Source: Archangium sp. (GTDB lineage Bacteria; Myxococcota; Myxococcia; Myxococcales; Myxococcaceae). Taken from it: a stretch of 64,000 nucleotides of DNA. The notes below the pieces were generated by a model. That model saw nothing but the letters and a program-made list of their open reading frames with translations. It searched no databases and was not told the origin of the DNA. The stretch spans positions 538-64,537 of the forward strand of contig NZ_DASVWK010000806.1 of NCBI RefSeq assembly GCF_036389735.1, read 5' to 3'. Below are positions 1 to 10,229 of this stretch, piece by piece (the stretch's first letter is position 1; the number at the start of each line of letters is the position of its first letter). Made by a program: the position numbers and the translations under genes.

Positions 1-1446
1 GACGTGCATGCCACTCAACGCCTCCTGGGCGGTGTAGCCACTGAGCGCCTCGGCCCCCTTGTTGAAGAGGACGATGCGGCCCTGCATGTCCGCGGCGACG
101 ATGGCATCCACCGAGGAGTCGATGAGCCGCTCGAGGAAGTCCTTGGTGTGGCGAAGCTCGTCCGCCAGCACGCGCGCCAACGTCACGTCGCGGAAGGAGA
201 GGATGATGGCCCGGCGGCCGTCCTCCAGCGGGGCCGCGGAGAAGCTCAGCGTGAGGCGCCGGCCCCCGGGCGTGCGTATCATCAGGTCCACGTCCGAGCG
301 GGACTCGCCCCGCCGGGCCGCCGTCACCAGCTCCATCAGCACCGACTCGTCCAGCGGCTGCGACACCTCCATCAGGTGGCGCCCATAGGCCAGCTCGGAG
401 GACGTCTCCAGGAGGCTCTCGCCCGCCGGGTTGAGGCTGAGCACGCACGCCCGGTCGTCGAGGATGGCCACGCCCTCGCGCACGTTGGCGAAGAAGAGGT
501 GGTACGTCTCCAGGGACGCGGCCTTGGCCTCGGCGGCGATGCGCGCCGACATCTCGCGCTCGGTCTGCCCGCGCACCGTCTGCAGCAGCGAGGCGTTGCG
601 CAGCGCCACCGCCGTCGCGTGCGCCACCGTGGTCAGGAACTCGATCTCATGCGGCGCGAAGGTGCGCCGGTCCGCCCCCGAGGCGCGCAGCAGCAGCACC
701 CCGCGCACCTCGCCCCGGATGGGCAGCGGCAAGGCCGCGATGGTGTGGATGCCCCGCGAGGCCACCTCGTTCTGCACGCCCTCCAGCAGCGGGTGGTGGG
801 AGGCGTCCTCCACGATGACGGGCTTGCCCGTGCGCACCGCCTCGCGGATCTCCGGGTAGCGCTCCAGGTCGATGCGCACGTCCTCGAGCGCGGGCTCGTC
901 GCTCGCGGCCACCACGCGGGCCCCATTCCCGGTGCCCGGATCCACCATCACCAGCGCCGCCCGGCCGATGCCAAGCCGCTCCGCCAGCCGGCGGGTGACG
1001 TCGTGGAGCAGCGCCTCCACGTTGAGGCTCTCGGCGTAGTCCGCGGTGAGCTCGAGCAGCAGCGCCAGATCCTCCTGCCGCCGCACGTGCTCCGTGTGCT
1101 CGCGGTGGCGCTCGGCCACGCGCTTCAGCCGCCAGGCGAGCTCATGGGGATGCCCCCCGGCGCACATCACCTCCGCGGGCTGGAGCGACTCCAGGGTGGC
1201 GAAGGCCGTGTTCCCTGGCTCCAACAGGGCGACCAGGGAGAGCCGGGCCCCCGCGGTCGTGGCGCGCATGGCCGTCAGGGCGGCGCCCCCCTCCGGCGCG
1301 GTGAGGTCCACCAGCCCGATGGTGGCCTGCTCCGGCTGCTCCACCACCCGCAGTCCGGCCTCGGCCGCGGCACGCGCCAGCAACTCGCGAGCGGCCGAGG
1401 CCGCGGGCACCAGGAGGACACCGAGGGTGGACGGGATGGGAGACAC
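1..1446 (-). CDS. 5' part of a multi-sensor signalling protein (receiver-like + GAF + PAS + PAS), probably a histidine kinase; runs off the window edge
   Basis: Not in the ORF track because it is open at the edge. Manual translation from GTG at 1446 gives a GAF region ([21 protein letters not shown]...[16 protein letters not shown]...[16 protein letters not shown]) and PAS regions ([20 protein letters not shown]; [34 protein letters not shown]). The + ORF 4..1569 is its shadow. Confidence 0.8.
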   Translation of the reverse strand, partial: MSPIPSTLGVLLVPAASAARELLARAAAEAGLRVVEQPEQATIGLVDLTAPEGGAALTAMRATTAGARLSLVALLEPGNTAFATLESLQPAEVMCAGGHPHELAWRLKRVAERHREHTEHVRRQEDLALLLELTADYAESLNVEALLHDVTRRLAERLGIGRAALVMVDPGTGNGARVVAASDEPALEDVRIDLERYPEIREAVRTGKPVIVEDASHHPLLEGVQNEVASRGIHTIAALPLPIRGEVRGVLLLRASGADRRTFAPHEIEFLTTVAHATAVALRNASLLQTVRGQTEREMSARIAAEAKAASLETYHLFFANVREGVAILDDRACVLSLNPAGESLLETSSELAYGRHLMEVSQPLDESVLMELVTAARRGESRSDVDLMIRTPGGRRLTLSFSAAPLEDGRRAIILSFRDVTLARVLADELRHTKDFLERLIDSSVDAIVAADMQGRIVLFNKGAEALSGYTAQEALSGMHV

Positions 1447-1508
1447 GCCAGGCCAGTCTACCCCGACTCCCGCCTCATGGGCAGTTCAGGGCCGGTTTCG
1501 AGGGGCGA

Positions 1509-1946
1509 CTACCAGCGGCCGTGGCCGCGACGCACGGAGACCCAGACCCACTCCTGCACCGGCTGGTAATAGCCCTCCACCCAGCGCTGCTCGTAGTAGC
1601 CGCCCTGGCACTTCGTCACGTGGCGGCGCGGCTTGTACTTGCAGGTCTGCTCGACCCAGACCTGCTCATAGTGGCCCGGCACGAACTTCTGCACCGTCTG
1701 GAGCTCGTAGTGGCCCGACTGGCGCGGCCACCGCGAGCGCGGCGGCTGGGCCGGAGGAGGCGTCGGCGCCGGGTGGTAGCACCCGCCCGTGTGGATGTGG
1801 TGCTCGGCGCGGAAGTCTTCGCCCACCGGGGCAGCCTCGTGTCCACTGCCCCAGCCCAGGTCCTCGGCCCGCGCCGCGGGAGCCAGGAGCAGAGCGGAAA
1901 GAGCCAGGGTGAACAGTCCGTGCTGAAGTTGGAGCGCCATCGTCAT
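1509..1946 (-). CDS. Secreted hypothetical protein with Pro-rich linker and aromatic YExxWV/WVxGY repeats
   Basis: ATG 1946 after GGAGGA RBS; signal peptide ending AARA; C-terminal GHYEQVWV...GYYEQRWVEGYY repeats. Confidence 0.75.
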   Translation of the reverse strand: MTMALQLQHGLFTLALSALLLAPAARAEDLGWGSGHEAAPVGEDFRAEHHIHTGGCYHPAPTPPPAQPPRSRWPRQSGHYELQTVQKFVPGHYEQVWVEQTCKYKPRRHVTKCQGGYYEQRWVEGYYQPVQEWVWVSVRRGHGRW

Positions 1947-1967
1947 GTCCTCCGTCGTTCTTGCCCC

Positions 1968-1996
1968 TTCAGACGGAGGACCCGCGAATTGATTCA
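1968..1996 (-). promoter_or_regulatory. Possible ECF-sigma promoter for the 1509-1946 gene
   Basis: Minus strand TGAATC-N16-GTCTGAA about 20 nt upstream of the ATG, resembling ECF -35 GAAC/GAAT and -10 GTCT patterns. Confidence 0.3.
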
Positions 1997-2005
1997 AACC
2001 CGCGT

Positions 2006-4543
2006 CTAGGGGACGGCGCACGTCCCGCCCGTGTTGTCGTACACGGGACTGATGACGCTGTCCGTCGGAATGGCGGGGCAGCTCGTCACGCCGCGCAGGA
2101 GGATGCGACCCGCGGCACCACCGCCACCGCCTCCAGCGGCCTGGTTGCCTCCCGTACTCACTCCCTTGGAACCGTTGCCAGGAGTGGCGGTGCCCGCCGC
2201 TCCAGGGCCACCGTCACCGCCTCCATTCGAGCCCCCCGTCCCACCCGAAGCCGGTCCGCTCCCGGTCTCGCTCCCATCGAGCCCATCGTTTCCCGAGACG
2301 CGGTTTCCTCCCGCATCGCTGCCGCCTTCGCCGCCCGCGCCACCATTCGCGGTGAGCTTGGCACTGGACTCGATGATGAGCGCGTCGGCCTCGAGCACCA
2401 GGAGTCCGCCACTCCCACCGCCGCCACCACCGGCCGTCTTCCCGGCCACAGCCGCGCCTCCCTCGCCCGCCGCGCCACTGACGGACACCACGCTCCTCAC
2501 CGTCAGCGTCCCCGCAACGGAGAGCTGAACGCTGCCACCGCCAGAGCCTTGCTTCCCGGCCGTCACGCCTCCCGTGGAACCGCCCGCGCCGCCCGCGCAG
2601 CCGCCCGCCAGCGGTGAGAAGCCGGCCGCCAGCGCATTGCCGCCGCCACCTCCCGCCCTGGAGTTGTCGTCGTTGGCGCCACCCGCGGCCCCCGTCGTCG
2701 CCAGGCCGCCACCACCACCGCCACTGCCATCTCCTCCGTTCTCATCGCCAATGGCACCCACCCGCCCGGTGCATCCCGCCCCACTGCCAGCCCCCGTCCG
2801 GGCCTCCAGATGGACCGAGTTGGCGCGAAGCTCGTCGTTCAACGTGGCATTGCCGTACACCGCGAAGATGACGGGGCGCGAGCCCACCAGCCGCAACGGG
2901 AAGTCCACGGTGAGGTTGCGCACCGGAACCACCACGACACTGCCCAACACCACGGGCGTGGGCTTGGAGAAGCCACATCCCGAATCGCTCCACGTCGGAG
3001 CCCCCGAGGTGTCCAGGGTGGCGGCACACGAAACGGTCAGGTCATTGATGGTCTGACCCGCCGCGATGTTCTCCGGATTGAAGTTGGGCGTGACGGCGTA
3101 CTTGAACGTGTGGCACGTCCCCTCCGCCGAGCACGTTCCCTTCTTCCCGCCCTCGTTGCAGACCTTGCCCACCTGCGCGGTGTTCACGTCGAACACGCAC
3201 GAGCCCGTCTCGTAGCAGGCCGTGGTGGAGGCCACCTTGCACTCGTTGGGCGGGGTGCAGCTCATCGTGCTGGCGCACGACCCCAGCCCGTCGCACTTGT
3301 CCGGCGTGGTGCAGGCCTTGCCGTCATTACAGCTCGTCGTGTTGGACAGCGCCGTGTAGTCGCACGCGCCCGTCGAACCATTGCAGGTGCCGTTGCTCGC
3401 GTAGCACTGACCCGGCGAGCTGTTGCACACCCTGGCCGTACCCGCGCACGCGCCGCTGCCGTTGCACTTGTCCGCGTCGGTGCACTTGTTGCCGTCGTTG
3501 CAGGTCGTCGTGTCGGGCAGGGCGGCGTACTCGCACGCGCCCGACCCGGCGTTGCAGGTGCCGCTGCTCTCGTAGCACTGGCCAGGCGGCCCGTTGCACA
3601 CCTTGGCCACCCCCGTGCACGTCCCGCTGCCGTTGCACTTGTCCGAGTTGGTGCACTTGTTGCCGTCGTCGCAGAGCGTCGTGGGGGGCTGGGGCACGTA
3701 CTCGCACGCGCCCGTCGACGCGTTGCAGGTACCGGTGCTCGTGTAGCAGGTGTTCGGCGCGCTGTTGCACACCTTGGCCGTGCCCCCGCACACCCCGCTG
3801 TTGTCGCACTTGTCGTTGAGGGTGCAGGTGTTCCCGTCGTTGCAGAGAACGTTGGGGGTGACCGGGTAGGTACAGGTGCCCGTGCCGCACACCCCCGTGC
3901 CCCGGCACGTCGGCGGCGAGTTGCAGGCGTTGTTGCAGCAGACGCCATCCACGCAGAAGCCCGAGCCGCACTGTGCATCGCTCGCGCACGTGGAGCCGTT
4001 GCAGTCCGCCTTGCCGTCGCAGTTGAAGTCGGTGTTGAGGCTGGCCGACCCATCGCACACGGCCACGGCGCCTGGATTCACCTTGAGGTCGCCGTCGTTG
4101 CAGTCATTGGCCTGCTGGATGGCGCTGTCGGTCGAGCGGGCGAGGTAGCCGTCCTGGTCCGCGTCCTCGGCCAGGAGCTTGAGCGTCCGGGGCTCGGTGC
4201 CCTTGGCGGGCAGCGTCACCGGCTCCAGCTTGCGCGTCTCGACGAGCGTGCCGTCACAGGCATCCTTGAAGGAGGCCACCTCGACCTGGAGCTGCTGGCT
4301 CCACTTCTCCTCGCGGTAGACGGCGATGCGCACCGTCCGGTCCGAGTCCGAGGCCAGCATGTCCCTGGCGAGGGTCTCGGAGCTGGTGTGCTCCTTCGGT
4401 GCCGCCGCGTCCGAGACGGTGACCCGGACGCATTGGGGGACATACCCCTTGTACTCCACGGACAGATCCACCGCGCTGTCCGTCACCTTCTTGGAACAGG
4501 CAGCGAGGAGGAGAACACACCCGAAAATCCATGCGCGACGCAT
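2006..4543 (-). CDS. Large Cys-rich lipoprotein with putative metal-binding motif, tandem Cys repeats and Gly-rich C-terminal domain
   Basis: MRRAWIFGCVLLLAAC lipobox; DADQDG...DCNDGDLKVNPGA...DFNCDG motif; tandem CxDGNxCT repeats; Gly-rich tail. Confidence 0.85.
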   Translation of the reverse strand: MRRAWIFGCVLLLAACSKKVTDSAVDLSVEYKGYVPQCVRVTVSDAAAPKEHTSSETLARDMLASDSDRTVRIAVYREEKWSQQLQVEVASFKDACDGTLVETRKLEPVTLPAKGTEPRTLKLLAEDADQDGYLARSTDSAIQQANDCNDGDLKVNPGAVAVCDGSASLNTDFNCDGKADCNGSTCASDAQCGSGFCVDGVCCNNACNSPPTCRGTGVCGTGTCTYPVTPNVLCNDGNTCTLNDKCDNSGVCGGTAKVCNSAPNTCYTSTGTCNASTGACEYVPQPPTTLCDDGNKCTNSDKCNGSGTCTGVAKVCNGPPGQCYESSGTCNAGSGACEYAALPDTTTCNDGNKCTDADKCNGSGACAGTARVCNSSPGQCYASNGTCNGSTGACDYTALSNTTSCNDGKACTTPDKCDGLGSCASTMSCTPPNECKVASTTACYETGSCVFDVNTAQVGKVCNEGGKKGTCSAEGTCHTFKYAVTPNFNPENIAAGQTINDLTVSCAATLDTSGAPTWSDSGCGFSKPTPVVLGSVVVVPVRNLTVDFPLRLVGSRPVIFAVYGNATLNDELRANSVHLEARTGAGSGAGCTGRVGAIGDENGGDGSGGGGGGLATTGAAGGANDDNSRAGGGGGNALAAGFSPLAGGCAGGAGGSTGGVTAGKQGSGGGSVQLSVAGTLTVRSVVSVSGAAGEGGAAVAGKTAGGGGGGSGGLLVLEADALIIESSAKLTANGGAGGEGGSDAGGNRVSGNDGLDGSETGSGPASGGTGGSNGGGDGGPGAAGTATPGNGSKGVSTGGNQAAGGGGGGAAGRILLRGVTSCPAIPTDSVISPVYDNTGGTCAVP
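3270..3844 (-). repeat. Intragenic 171-bp (57-aa) tandem repeat, 3 full units plus a partial unit
   Basis: C[ND]DG[NK]xCT units begin at 3844, 3673, 3502 and 3331 (exact 171-nt spacing). Confidence 0.85.
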
Positions 4544-4662
4544 GGGCCGGGAGACTACCCCAGCCGCGCGCACACGTCGCCCCCACGCCCTTCCGGCGCT
4601 CAGCCCTGGGGCGACGGCGTCCCGCGCTCGCCTGCCGGCTGCCGGGCGGGCTCGGACGCCGA

Positions 4663-5016
4663 CTACCTCACCCACTGCAGGGAGTAGCCCGACGTGCCCT
4701 TGGGGAGGACCACCTCCACCAGCGGGTTCTCGGCGAGCAGCTCCGGCGACACCGGCAGGTGGAGGAGGCCGGTCGCGTCACTCACCACGTTGACGCGCCC
4801 GCGGCCCGACGAGAGCAGCACCCGCACGCCCGGAATGGGTTTACCCGACTCTGGCTCCACCACGCGCAGCATCACATCCTGCACGTCCGATCCCCTGCTG
4901 CTGTTGACGACGTCGGGCGGCAGCACCTCCCGGTAGTACGGGCGCAGCGCGCAGGCCGTCAGCAGACAGAGGGAGGACAGCAGGGCAAGGCGCATCAGGG
5001 AACGCATCGGGGACAT
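4663..5016 (-). CDS. Small lipoprotein, carboxypeptidase-regulatory-like beta domain
   Basis: Lipobox LLTAC; RVVEPESGKPIPGVRV...SDATGL pattern. Confidence 0.7.
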   Translation of the reverse strand: MSPMRSLMRLALLSSLCLLTACALRPYYREVLPPDVVNSSRGSDVQDVMLRVVEPESGKPIPGVRVLLSSGRGRVNVVSDATGLLHLPVSPELLAENPLVEVVLPKGTSGYSLQWVR

Positions 5017-5218
5017 GGGGGCTCCGTCCAGGCGGACAAGGGCACGAGGGACGCGCAGCATACCGGGCAACCTCAAGTCGCCAAGCACCGTCACGCCCGC
5101 CCGGGTGCCCGGCCTGCGGTGGAGCCACCCGCCCTGTCTCCCATGCGGGGATGTCGCATCTTCAACGCATCAGAGTCATCGGCGGAGCCTTCCGCCTCCA
5201 CCCATCGGGAGAGCACGC

Positions 5219-5764
5219 ATGTCCGAGATCATCAATGACCAGGGCCCCAAGCCGCGGACCCGCCGTGAAGTCCTCGAGGACCAGAACTGCGAGCGCGGAA
5301 TCCTGGGGCGCCGGGAGATCCACACCACCGCCAGCGAGCCCCTCCCCGACTTCGAGGACACGGGCTACCACGACGTCACGGTCCGCGTGGAGACCAGCAA
5401 CGGCATCCCCATCTTCAACCGGGGCCTTTTCATCGGCACGGCCACGATGATCGCCGTGAGCGCCATCCTCTTCTGGGTGCCGTTCCTCAACAGCCTGATG
5501 GCCGGCGCCTTCGGAGGCTTCTTCGCCAAGCGCTGGGGCCGCGCGTTCAAGGCGGCGGCCCTGGCCTCGGTGGCGGTGCCGGCGTTCTTCGCCTTCCTCT
5601 ATGGCTGGGACACGCCGGACTTCTATTACATGTTCTACGGACTCGGCTTCTGGGGCTGGACCGCGCTCCACGTCGTCGGCCTGTTCCTCGGGGCGGCCTC
5701 CGGCGTCTACGCGCGCCCCGTGGCGGAGCGGCGCCGGTTCCGGCGCGCGGTCACGGATCGCTAG
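5219..5764 (+). CDS. Hypothetical membrane protein
   Basis: ATG 5219 after GGGAGAG; about four hydrophobic segments in the C-terminal half; GC3-rich codons. Confidence 0.7.
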   Translation: MSEIINDQGPKPRTRREVLEDQNCERGILGRREIHTTASEPLPDFEDTGYHDVTVRVETSNGIPIFNRGLFIGTATMIAVSAILFWVPFLNSLMAGAFGGFFAKRWGRAFKAAALASVAVPAFFAFLYGWDTPDFYYMFYGLGFWGWTALHVVGLFLGAASGVYARPVAERRRFRRAVTDR

Positions 5765-7607
5765 AACCCGCCATCCGGGGGCCCTCGAAGCGCCGGGGCT
5801 CGAAGCGCAGCTCCACGGAGCCGCCCTCCGGTGTCGCGCTCTGGAAGAGCCCCGTGGCCAGATTCTGGGCGGGGACGTACGCCGACAGCACCGGGTCGGC
5901 CGCGTCCCCGTCGTCCGCGTCCCAGACGCGCACCACGAGTTGCTCCGCCTGCTCCACGTGGAGGTTCACGCTCGTCGGTGACCAGGTCGAATCGGTGACG
6001 TTCGACACCACCGGGCCGCGGTAGACGACGCGGCCTCCCTGCTCGAGTTCCACATAGAGGTCCGGCGCGCCGTCCTGGGCGGCCTCGTCATTGTAGGACC
6101 CGGGGATCGCCACGGCCCGCACTCCCTTCAGGCGGAAGCCTCGCGTGCCCTCCCTCGGCACCGAGTAGTCCTGCGCCAGGTTGGTGCCGTCGCCCACCGG
6201 CCGCAGCCCGGTGAACATGCCATCCACCCGGCCCGCCACCAGCCCGGTGGCCAGCTCCAGCGACGCGATGGACTGCCTGGTGAGCTCCGACTCGCCACGC
6301 CGCACCAGCTCGCCCAGCGCGACGCTCACCGCTCCCACCTCTTCCTGGGAGGTGCCCTCGCCCTGAACCACCTGGAAGACGAGGTTGCGCTCGTCGAAGT
6401 GGTTCGTCGCGATGACGAGCTCCGGATCGTCATACACCGCGTAGAGGCTGGTGCGGCCGGGCGTCATCAGCCGCTCGCCGTCCGGCCGCGTCACGATGAC
6501 CGAGAGCGTCGGGCGGTTCCGCACCGGCACCCGCTCGGCCGCGCGGATGAGGACGCGCCACGCCGCCGCGTTGTTCCCTCCGGCCACCACGTCCATGCCG
6601 CGTCCCAGCAGCCGCGCGAGCACGGGGCTGGCGGGGCCCACCCACGGGCGCCCATCCAGGCGCGTGGGCATCACCAGCACCGAGCGCAGGCGGATGGTGT
6701 ACGGGCGGATCTCCACCGCCGCCAGCCGCGCCTCCGCGGACCCGTCCCGGTCCAGGCCCGAGGCCACCGCCTCCCGGTAGCCCTCCGCCGAGTCCGCGAA
6801 GTCCCGCCTGGCCAGGGCGGACTCGCCCCGCGCCATGCCCCCCGCGTAGCGCGCCAGGGGCTCCGCACGGCCACCCGACTTCATCCGCAGGGCCTCCTCG
6901 TACTTCTCCTGGGCCTCGGCCCAGCGCCGCTGCGCGAGCACCGCGTCACCCTCGGCCGTCAGGCGCTCGTACTCGGCCGACTGGAAGCGCTCGTACTCGG
7001 CCTCCACCGCCTGGAGCTTCGGCTGCCGGCTCGCGTCCACGGACACCAGCAGGCGCAGCAGCGTGAGCGAGCGCGGGTACGCCTTGAGCTGGCGCAGCCG
7101 CTCGGCCTCCGCGTCCGCGAGCCCCACCACCTCGGCCTTCGCCCGCGTCGCCTCCTGGAGTACCTGGGGGTCGTTCGACACCGTCGTGGCCCGCTTGAGC
7201 AGCCCGAGGGCCTCGGGGAACTGCTGGGTGCCCGCCACCGTCCGGGCCCGCTGAACCACGTCCAGCGCCAGCGAGCGCGCCGCGTCCGCGCGGAAGGCGG
7301 CCAGCTCCGTGTCGGAGCCATCGAGGCTCAGCGCGAAGTCCGCCTCCTCCACGGCGCACTGCCACTCCCGAGCGTTCGCGCAGGTGTGTGCCCGTTGCGA
7401 GGCGGCGACCCGTGCCTCCTGCCGGGCCCGCTCGAACTTCTCCTTGAGGGCCGGGGACTCGGGCTCCTTCAGCAGCGCCTCGCGGTAGGCCGCCAGCGCC
7501 GTCCTCCAGTCGCCCGCCGCCGCCGCCTTGTCGCCATTCTTCTCGTGAGCCACGCACGCCGTCAGACACAGCAACAGCACCACCACGGCCCGGTTCAACA
7601 TTCGCAT
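5751..7607 (-). CDS. Lipoprotein with TPR-like helical repeats and C-terminal C2-like domain
   Basis: MRMLNRAVVVLLLCLTAC lipobox after GGAGGGG; GDWRTALAAYREAL and WAEAQEKYEEAL helical repeats; GAPDLYVEL...PTS...LVVRVWDADD C2-like tail. Confidence 0.8.
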   Translation of the reverse strand: MRMLNRAVVVLLLCLTACVAHEKNGDKAAAAGDWRTALAAYREALLKEPESPALKEKFERARQEARVAASQRAHTCANAREWQCAVEEADFALSLDGSDTELAAFRADAARSLALDVVQRARTVAGTQQFPEALGLLKRATTVSNDPQVLQEATRAKAEVVGLADAEAERLRQLKAYPRSLTLLRLLVSVDASRQPKLQAVEAEYERFQSAEYERLTAEGDAVLAQRRWAEAQEKYEEALRMKSGGRAEPLARYAGGMARGESALARRDFADSAEGYREAVASGLDRDGSAEARLAAVEIRPYTIRLRSVLVMPTRLDGRPWVGPASPVLARLLGRGMDVVAGGNNAAAWRVLIRAAERVPVRNRPTLSVIVTRPDGERLMTPGRTSLYAVYDDPELVIATNHFDERNLVFQVVQGEGTSQEEVGAVSVALGELVRRGESELTRQSIASLELATGLVAGRVDGMFTGLRPVGDGTNLAQDYSVPREGTRGFRLKGVRAVAIPGSYNDEAAQDGAPDLYVELEQGGRVVYRGPVVSNVTDSTWSPTSVNLHVEQAEQLVVRVWDADDGDAADPVLSAYVPAQNLATGLFQSATPEGGSVELRFEPRRFEGPRMAGSSDP

Positions 7608-7872
7608 CGCACCCCTCCGGTCCATGCTGTGTACCACTGTCGGCGCGAGCCGCGTGACCCGCCCCTGGCCGCACAGGGAACGGGTCACGCGGCCCGACGG
7701 CCTACAAAAGGTCCGCCCCCCCGACGGTCCACCTCGAAGCCTCCCGCCATTCGCCTTCTGGATTCCATTCGGGAAACCCCGTACCCGCTCCCGTGACGAG
7801 TCCTGCCCCTCCACGTCACACGGCGGACTTCGTTGGCCTTCCCAGTAAATGTCCGCCTAGAATCCGAAGAGC

Positions 7873-9000
7873 TTGGAAAAAAAGAATTCGCAGGATCAAC
7901 GGCTTCTGGGGGACCTGCGCACCCTGCTGGAGACGGTGGAGCCCGGGTCGGACGTCATCCCGAGCTTCGTGGGAGCGCTGCGGGAGGCCCTGCACGCGGA
8001 GCGCGGCCTCATGTACGGGGTGGACGTGGGCCCCGAGCGCTACCAGACGAGCTTCGCCCACAACGCGGGCTTCCCCTTGAGCACGCCACCCGCCCAGCCG
8101 GTCCTGGACCAGGTCCTCGGCTCGCTGAAGGATCCGTGGGGGTACTTCAACCCCGCCTGTCCCCAGCCCGCCCAGCGCAACCGGGTGATCCAGTTCCGCC
8201 CCGCGGGGACGGCGGAGACCCCGCCAACGCCCGCCCCACGGGACGAGCGGCTGGAGCCCTGGAGGAAGCTCGGGATGAGCGCCGAGGAGCAGGAGCAGTT
8301 GCACTCGCGGGTGCGCTCCAACCTCGGGACCTTCATGCGGCGGTATGGGGTGGACCAGATGGTGCACCTGCGCGTGCTCGTCTGCGAGGACGCCTCCCTG
8401 CTGGGATGGGTGGGCGTGATGCGCATGGAGCCCTTCGGCGCGCGGGAGCTGAACCTGCTGCACGAGCTCACCCCGGTGCTCCAGCGCCGGCTGCGGCTGG
8501 ACACGCGCCTGCGCGAGGCGGGCGTGCTGCACGCCGCCCTGGAGGGAGCGCTGGAGGCCATCGGCCAACCGGCGTACGTGGTGACGGCCACCGGTCGCGT
8601 GGCGCACACCAACACCTCGGGGCGGACCCGGCTCGAAAGGGAGGGCGCGCGACCCGTGGCGGAAGCCCTCCAGCGGCACCAGCGGGGTGAGCCCCTCGGC
8701 GAGTCGCTCTCCATCACTCCCTTGCGGCTCGCGGGTCTCCCCACCCATTACCTGGCCATCCACCGGGACGACTCCGCTCGGACCGTCGCCCGCGTCCACG
8801 AGCTGGGCACGAGCTGGAAGCTGACGGCGCGCGAGACGGAGGTGCTCGACCACCTCATCCGCGGGGAGTCCAACAAGACCATCGCCGGGAAGCTGGGGTG
8901 CGCCGAGCGCACCGTGGAGGTCCATGTCACCCGCATCCTCGCCAAGGCCCGGGTGGAGAGTCGCTCGGCGCTCATCTCGAGGGTCTTCCTCCACGCCTGA
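7873..9000 (+). CDS. LuxR-family HTH transcriptional regulator
   Basis: C-terminal LTARETEVLDHLIRGESNKTIAGKLGCAERTVEVHVTRILAK LuxR HTH; TTG start. Confidence 0.9.
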   Translation: MEKKNSQDQRLLGDLRTLLETVEPGSDVIPSFVGALREALHAERGLMYGVDVGPERYQTSFAHNAGFPLSTPPAQPVLDQVLGSLKDPWGYFNPACPQPAQRNRVIQFRPAGTAETPPTPAPRDERLEPWRKLGMSAEEQEQLHSRVRSNLGTFMRRYGVDQMVHLRVLVCEDASLLGWVGVMRMEPFGARELNLLHELTPVLQRRLRLDTRLREAGVLHAALEGALEAIGQPAYVVTATGRVAHTNTSGRTRLEREGARPVAEALQRHQRGEPLGESLSITPLRLAGLPTHYLAIHRDDSARTVARVHELGTSWKLTARETEVLDHLIRGESNKTIAGKLGCAERTVEVHVTRILAKARVESRSALISRVFLHA

Positions 9001-9050
9001 GGGGGCATGCGGGCGGTGCGCCTCGGGGCCGGCGGGACTAGGATGCCCGC

Positions 9051-10229
9051 GTGAGCACACCCCGCATCGAGGCCGCCCTCGCCCGCGCCGCCGAGGCCGT
9101 CGCCCGTGGACCCCACTCCACGCCTCCCGACGGCCACCCCCGCTCCCGCCACCTCGCCATCGGCGATCCCCAGGCGGACTTCACCCGCTTCCTCGCCCTG
9201 CTCGACCGGCACGGGCTGCTCGGCCCGGATGGCCGGCTGCGCCCGGAGGTGCTGCTCGTCTCGGTGGGGGACCACTTCGACTGGGGCAAGGCCCCCGAGC
9301 GCGAGGAGGTCGCCACGAGCGCGTTGCGGCTGCTGGCCTGGATGGCCTCGCACCCGGCGGATCAGGCGGTGCTGCTGCTGGGCAACCACGACCTGGGCCG
9401 GGTGGGTGAGCTGGCCGACTTCACCGACGCGCGCTTCGCCGCCGCCCAGGTGGAGGCGGACGGCATCTACCAGGGCGACGACACCGACGAGGCCCGGGAG
9501 CGAGACTTCCTCACGCGCTACCCGGAGGTGCCCAACGTGGAGCTGGTGGCGCGCGACTTCGGCACCTTCCGCGAGGTGCAGCGCGACTGGGTGGCGCACC
9601 TGCTGCGGGCCCGGCGCTTCCGGGTGGCCCATGCCGCGGCGGAGGATCTGCTCGTGCTGCACGCGGGCGTCACGCGGGAGGATCTGCGCACGGTGGGACT
9701 GCCCGAGACGCATTGGACCCACGCGCCGACGGTCGCGGACGCACTCAACCGGGCGCTCGACACGGCGGTGGCGGCCTGGAAGCAGGGCGCCTTGTCCTTG
9801 CCCGGGCTGCACCAACCCGGCAGCGCCACGTACGGCGAGGGCCGCGGCATCTTCTACCAGCGCCCCAGCCTGCGCCCCGAGGACGCCGCCCACCGCGCCG
9901 CCACGCCGCGCCGCCGCTTCGACCCGCACCAACTTCCTTCCGGCCTTACCCAGGTGGTGGGCCATACGCGCGACAAGCGCAACCGCGAGCTGCTCGCCCT
10001 GCCCCACGCGCCGCCTCGGGACGGCGTGCTGCGCCACCTCGTCACCGACGGCACCACCCTCCATTATAGCGCCGGCACCCCGCCCCCGACCGGCCCCGGC
10101 GAGGCGGTGCTCGTCTTCACCGACGGCGGGATGCGCGAGTCGCCCCTGGAGCTGTTCGAGCTGCTCGACCTCGACACCCGCGCGCCCGCACGGCCGCTCG
10201 GCGTCGAGTCCCAGGCAGGGCGGTCATGA
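9051..10229 (+). CDS. Calcineurin-like metallophosphoesterase
   Basis: Motifs IGDPQA, VGDHFDWG, LGNHD, VLHAG, VVGHT. Confidence 0.85.
   Translation: MSTPRIEAALARAAEAVARGPHSTPPDGHPRSRHLAIGDPQADFTRFLALLDRHGLLGPDGRLRPEVLLVSVGDHFDWGKAPEREEVATSALRLLAWMASHPADQAVLLLGNHDLGRVGELADFTDARFAAAQVEADGIYQGDDTDEARERDFLTRYPEVPNVELVARDFGTFREVQRDWVAHLLRARRFRVAHAAAEDLLVLHAGVTREDLRTVGLPETHWTHAPTVADALNRALDTAVAAWKQGALSLPGLHQPGSATYGEGRGIFYQRPSLRPEDAAHRAATPRRRFDPHQLPSGLTQVVGHTRDKRNRELLALPHAPPRDGVLRHLVTDGTTLHYSAGTPPPTGPGEAVLVFTDGGMRESPLELFELLDLDTRAPARPLGVESQAGRS

Noticed and set aside
4-1569. 521-aa plus-strand ORF
   Set aside because: Antisense shadow of the minus-strand GAF/PAS gene; no domain motifs.
2031-2800. 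Pro-rich plus-strand ORFs / PE-PGRS-like Gly repeats
   Set aside because: Antisense reading of the Gly-rich tail of the 2006-4543 lipoprotein; low complexity only.
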